From: a virus
Taxonomy: Duplodnaviria; Caudoviricetes
IMG/VR virus record: IMGVR_UViG_3300044723_000506
Location: 1-36,563 of that record
Reading direction: 5' to 3' (one strand)
Length of the DNA: 36,563 nt
The notes below the pieces were generated by a model that ran no database searches, was not told the origin of the DNA, and was given only the letters and a program-made list of their open reading frames with translations. Positions 28,731-36,202 of the stretch are shown piece by piece. The stretch's first letter is position 1, and each line of letters opens with the position of its first letter. A program made the translations under genes and the position numbers.

Positions 28731-30340
28731 AAGTCATCCCCTATGTTTGGATTAGCGACTTCACTCAGTCTGCCGGTAGACCTATCATAAGACAGCCAAC
28801 AAGCAGGACCAGTTTCACCAGTGTAACGATTCTTGAGGACACGTACAGTTGTTGTGTTCCTGATCTCTTCGTTTTCATGCTGTTGGTCTCGCTCCATGCC
28901 TATGACAATGTCGGACAACTGGGCGATAGCCTGTGACCCTCTGAGTTCTGACAATGATATCTTGCCTCCGTCCTCATGAGCCTGCCCACTGCTTCTCTTC
29001 AAATGTGACACTAGGAACAGGCAGACTCCGGTTTCAGCCACGAGCGTCCTGAGCTTCGTCATGATCTCGTCGATGGCCTTACGTTCGTCTCCTGATTCCT
29101 GACTTGACACCACGATGGACAGATGGTCTAGGACTATAAACTTGCAGTCCAGAGCCTTCGCCATGTAACGCACACGTGCCAAGAGGTTGTCAGCAGAAGT
29201 AGAACCCCAGTGGTCGAACAGGTAGTACCGCCCGGTACCCATAGTGGCTTCCCAGAAAGGTCTCAGGTCAGCCACGGAAGTCTCTTCTTCTAGGTGCAGA
29301 GGTCTGTTGGCTGCTATGGACATGATGCCCAAAGTAGTCCTAGACAAATCCTCTTCTAACGCTAGGACACCGATGTTACCTTCGCACCGCTTGAGCAAGT
29401 CGTACTCGATCTCACGGATGAACTGAGACTTACCCATGCCTGAGCCACTGGTGATGGTCACAAGTTCGTACGGTCTGTGGCCTCTCGTGAGGACATTCAA
29501 GCCTTCCCACGGATACGGAATAGACTTGACGTTTCTTTTTTCCACGAGGTTGTCCCACGTGTCTGTACCCGCGACGATACCGTCTGGCCTGTAGGTCTTA
29601 GAGTTCCACCATGACTGCGTGAAGTCCTTGACACGGTTGGCTATGAGCATGTCACTAGCGTCCTTGAGGGGGAGCTTGACAATCTTTAGCTTGCTAGGGC
29701 TGAACAAGTCTTTGACTTGGTCCACCGCAGCGTCACCGGCTTTGTCGTTGTCGAAACACAGGACCACGGTCTCGTAGGACTCCAGCCACTCTAGCTGTTC
29801 CTTGACTTCCTTGGCTGCGTTGGACGCCCCTGATCGTAAGGAAACCACGTCCCACTGCTTACCTGACATCTCGTAGACTGCCATTGCGTCCAGCTCACCC
29901 TCAGTGATCGTGATGTACTTGTTTGTTTTACACTGTTTCTGACCAAAGAACCCAACTCCGGTTACGTCACCAGTAGTGTGGAAGTTCTTGGTTTTCACCT
30001 CGCGAACCTTGGAAGAACTCAGCTCGCCTGTGTCTGTCTTGTAGTACGGGTAGTGGTGTCGTATGATTTCTCCTGTTGTCGAGTACTCCACGGTCACACC
30101 GAAGCGCCCACAGGTATCCTGAGACAGCCTACGCTGAGGTATAGAGGACACTACACCAGCCATGTTTAGTGGGGTTGTAGTGGTTGTCTTCTGTGTTGTT
30201 ACTATTGTCATACCTGTTTTACCGTTGATATGGTAGTCACAACTGACGGCGAAGCAATGCGCCCCACCGTCGTCGTAAATGGCTAGGGCATCCGAAGATC
30301 CACACTTCGGACACCCATCATGTCTAATGAATTTAGACAC
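28727..30340 (-). CDS. Primase-helicase (T7 gp4-like)
   Basis: CPKCGSSDA..C..C zinc domain, EGELDA/DND TOPRIM, GSGMGKS Walker A, LDHL, LRGS and KNR. Confidence 0.95.
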   Translation of the reverse strand: MSKFIRHDGCPKCGSSDALAIYDDGGAHCFAVSCDYHINGKTGMTIVTTQKTTTTTPLNMAGVVSSIPQRRLSQDTCGRFGVTVEYSTTGEIIRHHYPYYKTDTGELSSSKVREVKTKNFHTTGDVTGVGFFGQKQCKTNKYITITEGELDAMAVYEMSGKQWDVVSLRSGASNAAKEVKEQLEWLESYETVVLCFDNDKAGDAAVDQVKDLFSPSKLKIVKLPLKDASDMLIANRVKDFTQSWWNSKTYRPDGIVAGTDTWDNLVEKRNVKSIPYPWEGLNVLTRGHRPYELVTITSGSGMGKSQFIREIEYDLLKRCEGNIGVLALEEDLSRTTLGIMSIAANRPLHLEEETSVADLRPFWEATMGTGRYYLFDHWGSTSADNLLARVRYMAKALDCKFIVLDHLSIVVSSQESGDERKAIDEIMTKLRTLVAETGVCLFLVSHLKRSSGQAHEDGGKISLSELRGSQAIAQLSDIVIGMERDQQHENEEIRNTTTVRVLKNRYTGETGPACWLSYDRSTGRLSEVANPNIGDDF

Positions 30341-30342
30341 CC

Positions 30343-30726
30343 CTAGAAGTCCGCAGAATCACCTTCGGCCATCTCTGCTTTCTCTAGGACCTTCACGGCC
30401 TCTAGATAAGTAGCCATGCCGTGTACCGGATGAGGTTGACCTAGTTTGAACTTGAGTCGGACCTTAGAGTTATAAGGGACCTCACCTGTAAACGGTTGAC
30501 CGTCTGCGGTGAAACGCTTGACCTCGTACTTAGACTTGAACTTACGCTGCTTTTTGCCTTGGTAGTCCTTAATCTTGACACCCTGTGAGGCTAAGAAGTC
30601 TGCGTCTTCGTCGTCAATCGTGATGGTCATAGAGTAAGCACCCGTTGACTGACCGTTGAACACGTCGTGCTGCGTTACGTTGCTGAAGTTTACGATGCCT
30701 TCAATTACTGTTGCTGTTGCTGCCAT
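30343..30726 (-). CDS. Single-stranded DNA-binding protein (gp2.5-like, putative)
   Basis: OB-fold-like beta pattern, acidic tail ending in Phe (EGDSADF), next to the primase gene. Likely start 30726 with GGAG RBS. Confidence 0.7.
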   Translation of the reverse strand: MAATATVIEGIVNFSNVTQHDVFNGQSTGAYSMTITIDDEDADFLASQGVKIKDYQGKKQRKFKSKYEVKRFTADGQPFTGEVPYNSKVRLKFKLGQPHPVHGMATYLEAVKVLEKAEMAEGDSADF

Positions 30727-30787
30727 AGGGAATAATCTCCGTTGTTTGCTTTTGTTTTGACCAATGATTCTCACTGGCCATGCTAAT

Positions 30788-30817
30788 AGTATACCACGTT
30801 TTTTTAGCTCGTGTCTA
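30788..30817 (-). promoter_or_regulatory. Sigma-70 promoter for the replication genes
   Basis: TAGACA-18 bp-TATACT with extended -10 TG. Confidence 0.65.
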
Positions 30818-30916
30818 CTTTTTTCACCTCCTTTCGCTAAACTTAAGTTAAACTAATGTAGTACTTCTACTGTTACTTCTCTAGTTTATTACCTAAGTAG
30901 TAACCTAAGTACTACT

Positions 30917-31111
30917 TTAGTAGAGGGTATCATAATCTGCCTCCGGTGTCAATAGGGTTCCCCTGATATTTTCAAAAAAGTTATCGTCTTCTATTTCACA
31001 GGCGTACACACTGCTCAGGCATACTCCGCAGAGGTCGTAGTAGTCGCCCCGTGAGTCCTTCCGGATTAGCTCTAGGTCTTCCAAAATTTTATTACAGGCT
31101 TTGCATCTCAT
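30917..31111 (-). CDS. Small zinc-finger protein
   Basis: MRCKACN...DLCGVC; GGAG RBS. Confidence 0.75.
   Translation of the reverse strand: MRCKACNKILEDLELIRKDSRGDYYDLCGVCLSSVYACEIEDDNFFENIRGTLLTPEADYDTLY
30924..30952 (-). promoter_or_regulatory. Possible second sigma-70 promoter
   Basis: TTGACA-17 bp-TACCCT with TG extension, inside the 3' end of the Zn-finger ORF. Confidence 0.45.
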
Positions 31112-31113
31112 GT

Positions 31114-31245
31114 TTAGTTCTCCTCAAATTCTTTGTGTACTTTTTCTACATCTATGATTAAAAAATATACTCCCAGAAAAAAAACTACTGGTAGCCACAC
31201 TGGTATCGTAAGTATAACTGCCACTGCTTTCTTTAGCTTGTTCAT
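31114..31245 (-). CDS. Small single-TM protein (43 aa, not in ORF track)
   Basis: AAGGAG RBS; MNKLKKAVAVILTIPVWLPVVFFLGVYFLIIDVEKVHKEFEEN. Confidence 0.65.
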   Translation of the reverse strand: MNKLKKAVAVILTIPVWLPVVFFLGVYFLIIDVEKVHKEFEEN

Positions 31246-31439
31246 ACTCCTTCTCCTGTCAGGTCTGCTGTGAGCACTGCCTTGTCTCCGAAGCAGTACA
31301 TTACCACAGTTTCGCCCTTGTCGTCTGTTATCACAATGTCCCAGCTATCTCTAGAATGTTCTACTTTTTCGTCTGCTAAACACCGTTTGATACTGATTGA
31401 TGCAGTGTCATGGACGAAAACTCTAGTTCCTATTGCCAT
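31242..31439 (-). CDS. Hypothetical protein
   Basis: Likely start MAIGT at 31439 after GAGGA. Confidence 0.65.
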   Translation of the reverse strand: MAIGTRVFVHDTASISIKRCLADEKVEHSRDSWDIVITDDKGETVVMYCFGDKAVLTADLTGEGV

Positions 31440-31441
31440 AA

Positions 31442-32089
31442 TTATATCCTCTGAGTTAAACAAGACCAACTGTAACTGATTGGCTCGTAGTTTACAAGTA
31501 GTTGGTCAATCTTTTCTGCTACTATTCTGCACTCGTACTGTGCGTCCTCTGAGATCCTCTGAGACACCACACGAGCAAAGGCTACCAGAGACCCAGTCCA
31601 GTACCATTCAGTCATCATCGACTGCGGTAGGATCATACGGGCCTGCTCCGGTGATACACCAGCCGCAACCATGTTATCGTAGGTTGTTCGCACACGTTCT
31701 AATAGGTCACAGTACTTTTCGTTCCAGCGTTCCTCCTGTTTTCCCTCAAATGTTTCTAATGATGAACCTTGTTTCTTATCTGGCGCACGTTTACGCCATG
31801 CCTCTGGTGCGTGAAACTCTGGTGTAAAGTCCACATAGCGTCTTGAGACCTCGTTCCACACTAGACCCACCTGATGCTTCACAAGCTGCCTAGCGACGAA
31901 CACAGGCGCTTTGATACGCAACTGCACCTGTACGTGTGCAAAGGGTGTCCAGTGTCCGTGGGCTGCTAGGTATCTAATCAGCTTCTTGTCTCTGCTGCCG
32001 AACTCCTCTGACTCCATAGCAAAGGATACTCTGGCAGCGTTGACTACTGTCAGATCACTGCCCATAACGTCTAATAATTCTACTTTCAT
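31442..32089 (-). CDS. thyX: Flavin-dependent thymidylate synthase
   Basis: VVNAARVSF, HWTPF, RQLVKHQ..NEVSRRY, EQARMILP and AQYE. Confidence 0.92.
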   Translation of the reverse strand: MKVELLDVMGSDLTVVNAARVSFAMESEEFGSRDKKLIRYLAAHGHWTPFAHVQVQLRIKAPVFVARQLVKHQVGLVWNEVSRRYVDFTPEFHAPEAWRKRAPDKKQGSSLETFEGKQEERWNEKYCDLLERVRTTYDNMVAAGVSPEQARMILPQSMMTEWYWTGSLVAFARVVSQRISEDAQYECRIVAEKIDQLLVNYEPISYSWSCLTQRI

Positions 32090-32277
32090 AGGTCAAACAC
32101 CGCCCCTGTAGGTTCATGAAGTATAAAAAAGACCACCATAACGAGACCCCAAAGGGTGACAAAGAGCCAGAACAGGTTTTCTTGTTCTTTTTCCGTCAGG
32201 TTTCCTGATATTAGGTCTTCGAATAAGCCTTTAGTCTCTAGGCACACAAAGAGCCATAGCTTCTTAAAAATGTTCAT
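32086..32277 (-). CDS. Small membrane protein
   Basis: Hydrophobic LFWLFVTLWGLVMVVFFIL; GAGGAG RBS. Confidence 0.65.
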   Translation of the reverse strand: MNIFKKLWLFVCLETKGLFEDLISGNLTEKEQENLFWLFVTLWGLVMVVFFILHEPTGAVFDL

Positions 32278-32534
32278 GCGTTTATAAACTCCTCTCTTAT
32301 GGTGAACTCTACTGCTACTTCTCCATCAGGCCAATTCATATAGGCTGAAATTAGGTTTTCTCTAAGATCCGTCAAGATTTTCAACTGATCTTCAAACTCT
32401 AGATCATAGTCCCGGTAAAGACCCACGGACGCCAGAATAACCTTTTCCTTTTTGGTCACGACTTTATCCACTAAAGTATGTTCCCAGTAGTAAACCTCTA
32501 GATAATAATCACAATGGTCTTTCTCAATGTTCAT
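32274..32534 (-). CDS. Hypothetical protein
   Basis: 86 aa, overlapping both neighbours in the early operon. Confidence 0.65.
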   Translation of the reverse strand: MNIEKDHCDYYLEVYYWEHTLVDKVVTKKEKVILASVGLYRDYDLEFEDQLKILTDLRENLISAYMNWPDGEVAVEFTIREEFINA

Positions 32535-32769
32535 AATAACTTCCCTCTGCTACGGTTGCGGTCATTGCGTCGTACTGGCTCGCCGTTAGGGCGTAGTGGT
32601 CGACGGGTTTATCGTCTATGATGATATCACAGAACAGATACGATTCATGTAAACAATTCTCTGGCTCATAGGGCTGGTAGTCCTCCAGATTGAACAGGAT
32701 CAACTCCCCGTCGTGCATTGTGTGGTAATCGTGGTTTTTAAAGCTCATCCTTAGATGTAACTGGCTCAT
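32524..32769 (-). CDS. Hypothetical protein
   Basis: AAGGAGGT RBS before MSQLH at 32769. Confidence 0.65.
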   Translation of the reverse strand: MSQLHLRMSFKNHDYHTMHDGELILFNLEDYQPYEPENCLHESYLFCDIIIDDKPVDHYALTASQYDAMTATVAEGSYYEH

Positions 32770-33260
32770 TGTGTCACCTCCTTTTGTTGTAACCATGCTG
32801 GCATGGGTCGATTGGTCCAACGCATGTCGATTTCGTTGCGTCTTGTGCGGTAGTATGCCCGATACGCTGCCACAGTGTCAACACCTCGACAATCGTCGTA
32901 CATACACTGCGGAGGATCGACAAAAGGCGCTTGTGGCAGGTCCCTAGGGATCACCTTCAGGTACTGTAGTTTTTCCTTTTCTGTCTTGTGAATCTTGCCG
33001 TATCTGTGTGAATACTCAGCGAACAGGGCCTCTAGGTGCTCTAGGCCCCACTTGTACGCATTTTGGGACGATCTGAGCCATTTTGTGCTTGGGTGGTTCT
33101 TGTGGGTCACCTTGTACACAAAGGGCGCTTGTGGGGTCTCTGAGAGCCTGTGAGCAGTGCTGAGCATTTGGGCAGTCTCTAGGATCATCTTGACCACGTG
33201 TTTGTCGCATAGGGCCTGAGCTGCTGCTACCGGCTCCTCCTCAACGAAAAATAGATTCAT
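32766..33260 (-). CDS. Pyrimidine-dimer DNA glycosylase (DenV-like family)
   Basis: MNLFF....CDKHVVKMILETAQMLSTA, HKNHP..W, EYSHRYGKIH and AYRAYY. Confidence 0.75.
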   Translation of the reverse strand: MNLFFVEEEPVAAAQALCDKHVVKMILETAQMLSTAHRLSETPQAPFVYKVTHKNHPSTKWLRSSQNAYKWGLEHLEALFAEYSHRYGKIHKTEKEKLQYLKVIPRDLPQAPFVDPPQCMYDDCRGVDTVAAYRAYYRTRRNEIDMRWTNRPMPAWLQQKEVTQ

Positions 33261-33439
33261 TCTACTTCCTCCTTTCGTGGTTCATCGTACAACCGGGACC
33301 GTTGGAAGCTGTTCAAGGCGTCCATTGCTTCCCGGAGGGTTTGCTTGTAGTACTTCCCGATATTAGGCTCCCCGTCGTGCAATTGATGCAGGACACCGTA
33401 AGCCTGTAGTATTTGTTCTCGTGTTGCTCTCGTGGTCAT
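33257..33439 (-). CDS. Hypothetical protein
   Basis: 60 aa, ATGA overlaps with neighbours. Confidence 0.6.
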   Translation of the reverse strand: MTTRATREQILQAYGVLHQLHDGEPNIGKYYKQTLREAMDALNSFQRSRLYDEPRKEEVE

Positions 33440-33534
33440 AGTTTGGCCCCTATTAGGTCAAAGGCCAACACAAGGCCAAAGATTATACCTGACCCAATGC
33501 AGGCTTGAAATGCTTCTTTGATGTTCTTGGACAT
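33436..33534 (-). CDS. Small hydrophobic peptide (32 aa, not in ORF track)
   Basis: AAGGAG RBS; MSKNIKEAFQACIGSGIIFGLVLAFDLIGAKL. Confidence 0.5.
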   Translation of the reverse strand: MSKNIKEAFQACIGSGIIFGLVLAFDLIGAKL

Positions 33535-33550
33535 GCTCTACTGCTCCTTT

Positions 33551-33790
33551 CTACTTTTCTTTAATCATAAACACATGACAATCTTTGCGCGTCGGATGCT
33601 TGTACAGGCTGTACTTGCCTTTGATGTGCGTTGCAGCCGCCTGTGAAACCTTAGCATAGTTTGGCTTAGTAACCAAGAACCAATGACCCTTTCCCATGCT
33701 TTGAAAGATGGCTCTCCACGTGTTTTGTCTGGTTTTCTGGTTTATTGAAACAGGCGCTTTACGTGTTCTTTGTATTCTAAATGTAGACAT
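33551..33790 (-). CDS. Small basic early protein (possibly nucleic-acid binding)
   Basis: GGAG RBS at 33797-33800; K/R-rich 79 aa. Confidence 0.7.
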   Translation of the reverse strand: MSTFRIQRTRKAPVSINQKTRQNTWRAIFQSMGKGHWFLVTKPNYAKVSQAAATHIKGKYSLYKHPTRKDCHVFMIKEK

Positions 33791-33813
33791 TTTACTCTCC
33801 AGTTGTTTTAAAG

Positions 33814-33878
33814 TTTTATTAATACCTAGACCCCGAAGGGTTTCGCCTGAGTTTCACAGGCTCATCAGTAGGCTAAAA
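33814..33878 (-). ncRNA. Type I hammerhead ribozyme
   Basis: CCUA-CUGAUGA-GCCUG(UGAAACU)CAGGC-GAAA-CCC(UUCG)GGG-UC^UAGG at 33872..33825: complete core and three perfect stems. Stem I extends via UUUUAG/U(AUUAA)UAAAA. Confidence 0.93.
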
Positions 33879-34073
33879 TTCTACTGCGGTAATCTTGCGC
33901 CGTCTCAATTCTTGGGCGGCATAGTGGAACTCATCCCAGTACTGCCCGGTTTTTGGATTGTCTATTGTTTCTCCCGCCTTTGCCGCATTGTAGGCGTCTT
34001 GTCTGATATAGAGTAATGAATCACTATCTAGTGTTTTGAAGCGTTTTATTGTTTCGTTGTGCCAGTTTGTCAT
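33873..34073 (-). CDS. Hypothetical early protein
   Basis: AAGGAGGT RBS; YWDEFHYAAQELRRR. Confidence 0.75.
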   Translation of the reverse strand: MTNWHNETIKRFKTLDSDSLLYIRQDAYNAAKAGETIDNPKTGQYWDEFHYAAQELRRRKITAVEF

Positions 34074-34074
34074 G

Positions 34075-34722
34075 CTATGCCACCTCCTTCAGATTAATTA
34101 ATTTCAACATCGTTTTGCCGTGTGCTGGATATGCTATCACAGACACGTCTTGATTCCAACATGCTCTACAAGGGCCGCATTTGCCTTCTCTGGTACTAGA
34201 CTCGCAAACCGTTAGGTTACCATTGCCAGAGTCTAAACTAGGTACAATCGTGCTTGTGTTGCGTCCTGCTACTACTTCACCTGTAACACTATCAGACGAA
34301 TAGCGCACGACAACATTAGGCAGAGACTCCATTGCAGCAAACACAGCGCGAAATTTGACAAACTTATACATGCGAGTCGGTAGCCAGTGCTTGACCCATG
34401 GCGTCGCCTTCATCACCGCAAGAATCTTTTCGGCCAGCTTTAGACTGTACACGTCGCCGGAGTCAAACCATCGGAAGTATCTATCGTTGTCTAATTCTGC
34501 CACCATGTCGGCAACCCATGTGTCGCGTTTCCAGTCTTTCTGGTTAGACTCACGTGGCTGTTTGACATTGGGGAAGCGATAATTGCCAGCAGTCGCGTAG
34601 CATCCCTTGCAGGCATCCACGAGTTTACCCTTGTCGCCTATGCTACCGGGACAAGTCGTAAGGGCCTGTAATGACCATGACCTGCAAGGCATCTTGCCAG
34701 CTTTAGAAAGTCTGATTGTCAT
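34075..34722 (-). CDS. Gp88-like Cys-rich protein (putative Fe-S / radical-SAM-like)
   Basis: KMPC.SWSL.A..TCPGS..CKGCYA, FRWFDSGD, HWLPTR and CGPCRACW. Confidence 0.7.
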   Translation of the reverse strand: MTIRLSKAGKMPCRSWSLQALTTCPGSIGDKGKLVDACKGCYATAGNYRFPNVKQPRESNQKDWKRDTWVADMVAELDNDRYFRWFDSGDVYSLKLAEKILAVMKATPWVKHWLPTRMYKFVKFRAVFAAMESLPNVVVRYSSDSVTGEVVAGRNTSTIVPSLDSGNGNLTVCESSTREGKCGPCRACWNQDVSVIAYPAHGKTMLKLINLKEVA

Positions 34723-34753
34723 GTTTTGGTGTCCTTGTGTTGTGAATTGTGAA

Positions 34754-34803
34754 AGATACTACAGCAAAGCCCACGTTGCAACATGGGCAGAGCTGTAGAA
34801 TCT
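34754..34803 (-). other. Long intergenic RNA hairpin (RNase III-like processing site)
   Basis: AGAU-U-CUACAGC-UCU-GCCCAUGU(UGCA)ACGUGGGC-UUU-GCUGUAG-U-AUCU. The G-U wobble forms only on the transcribed strand. Confidence 0.6.
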
Positions 34804-34805
34804 CC

Positions 34806-35657
34806 TTAGGCTGCTTCTACTGCTTCAGCTTGTGAAAACTTACACAAGTAGTCAAAAGCTTTTTGGGCTTGACTAGCGGCCGTCATGAGCGCTTTTGTGT
34901 CGCTTTTGAGTACTTTTAACCAGCTTTTGAGGTACTTCGCGTGATTGTCCTGATAGCCCTGATGCACGTCTAAATGAGCACAAAGGAACGTGCTAGACAA
35001 CTCTGCTACCAGTTCCTCGAAGGCATAGGCTTCTTCCCCAAACCTGCTAGTGTTCAAGCCCCTGTCAAGCCTAGACTCGTGCCCGGACCAATGACTCAAT
35101 TCATGCAGTAAAGTACTGTAGTATTCTTGCTCGTTTATGAATAACTCTTTTACGGGCATGTTGATATAGTCGGCAGAAGGTACGTAGAAGGCTCCCCGTG
35201 ATCCGTCTCGCGAGTGGTTCAGGGTCGCACCTGTAGCAACAACAAAAGCCTCTGCTTGTGCTGAATCCTCGAAGGTTCTAGGCTCAATTGTAGGTGCGTT
35301 GTAATTGTCAACCTGAGCTGCTGAGAATACACTGGCAGCGCTGAAGCCTATCAGCATGTCTTCCTTAATCTTCGCCGGGTCCTTCTTGATTATAGGCCGG
35401 AGGATCTTTGTTGACGTTTCACCTTTGCGTACTTGCGCGCCTAGTTCCTGCCATTGTTTATAGGTCGCCCACTGACCACCGCCGGCAATTAAAAGCATGA
35501 AGGCATTTGTGCCGCTGTAGGGTCGACCTGTAAGAGCATTAGTAGGGAAACCGTCGCCTGTGTTTTGCCATGGTCTAATCCATTTACCCTCGACCATGCC
35601 GCCTTCTATGGCGTCAATGAACTGCTGAGTGATTACCGCTGTAGCGTCCTGTTTCAT
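34806..35657 (-). CDS. ardC: ArdC-like antirestriction / ssDNA-binding protein with zincin-like domain
   Basis: W.RPW, YSGTN, WATYKQWQELGAQVRKGE, AFYVPSADYI.MP, HELSHW and YAFEELVAEL. Confidence 0.88.
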   Translation of the reverse strand: MKQDATAVITQQFIDAIEGGMVEGKWIRPWQNTGDGFPTNALTGRPYSGTNAFMLLIAGGGQWATYKQWQELGAQVRKGETSTKILRPIIKKDPAKIKEDMLIGFSAASVFSAAQVDNYNAPTIEPRTFEDSAQAEAFVVATGATLNHSRDGSRGAFYVPSADYINMPVKELFINEQEYYSTLLHELSHWSGHESRLDRGLNTSRFGEEAYAFEELVAELSSTFLCAHLDVHQGYQDNHAKYLKSWLKVLKSDTKALMTAASQAQKAFDYLCKFSQAEAVEAA

Positions 35658-35669
35658 CTTGTGTTTCTC

Positions 35670-35816
35670 CTATGCTTCCAAAAGTATGGCTAACAGTTCG
35701 CAGAGTCGTACAGTCTGCTCGCTGGTTATTTCTTTACCGCTGAACCTATTCTGGTTGATCTGTTCGGCCAGTGTTAAGGCTTCTTTGCGTCTGCTTTCTT
35801 TGATAGCTATTTCCAT
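35670..35816 (-). CDS. First early gene, 48-aa protein (not in ORF track)
   Basis: AGGAG RBS; MEIAIKESRRKEALTLAEQINQNRFSGKEITSEQTVRLCELLAILLEA. Confidence 0.65.
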   Translation of the reverse strand: MEIAIKESRRKEALTLAEQINQNRFSGKEITSEQTVRLCELLAILLEA

Positions 35817-35850
35817 CTGTGTCGCTCCTATTTAGTTTGTGGTGTCCTTG

Positions 35851-35878
35851 ATTTTACGGACGGATTCACGAATAGCAA
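35851..35878 (-). promoter_or_regulatory. Candidate early sigma-70 promoter
   Basis: TTGCTA-16 bp-TAAAAT with A-tract upstream sequence. Confidence 0.5.
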
Positions 35879-35979
35879 CACTTTTTCAGGTTTATTTTAC
35901 TTGTGTTGTGCCTCGTGTTGTGCTAGGCGCTCTAAGGGTCCAACATAAGCCCACACACTTGTCAACCCCAGTTTCCCCA

Positions 35980-36202
35980 TGCAAAACCTCGTGCCAACTT
36001 GCACACTGGCACGCATGTTGCACCGCATGCAAGACTCGTGCCAACTTTGGGCGCGCCTCGTGTTGGCACGAATGTTGCACCGCATGCAAAACCCATGCCA
36101 ACTCTGGACCTGGCACGAATGTTGCAACACAAGCAAAACCCATGCCAACTCTGCGCCCTAGCAAGACTCGTGCCAACTTTAGACATGCAAAAGTCGTGCC
36201 AA
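35980..36202. promoter_or_regulatory. Array of nine sigma-54 (-24/-12) sites
   Basis: + strand 36006-22, 36063-79, 36110-26. - strand 36028-44, 36085-101, 36132-48, 36160-76, 36186-202 (all canonical spacing) and 35980-97 (one extra base). Confidence 0.85.

Noticed and set aside
35937-35965. Minus-strand sigma-70 promoter at TTGACA
   Set aside because: The hexamer at 17-bp spacing is TGGACC, a poor -10.
35980-36202. CRISPR or mini-CRISPR array
   Set aside because: Units are 17 bp in mixed orientation with variable cores and mostly 5-18 bp gaps. No cas operon is present; the PD-(D/E)XK nuclease sits in the replication module.
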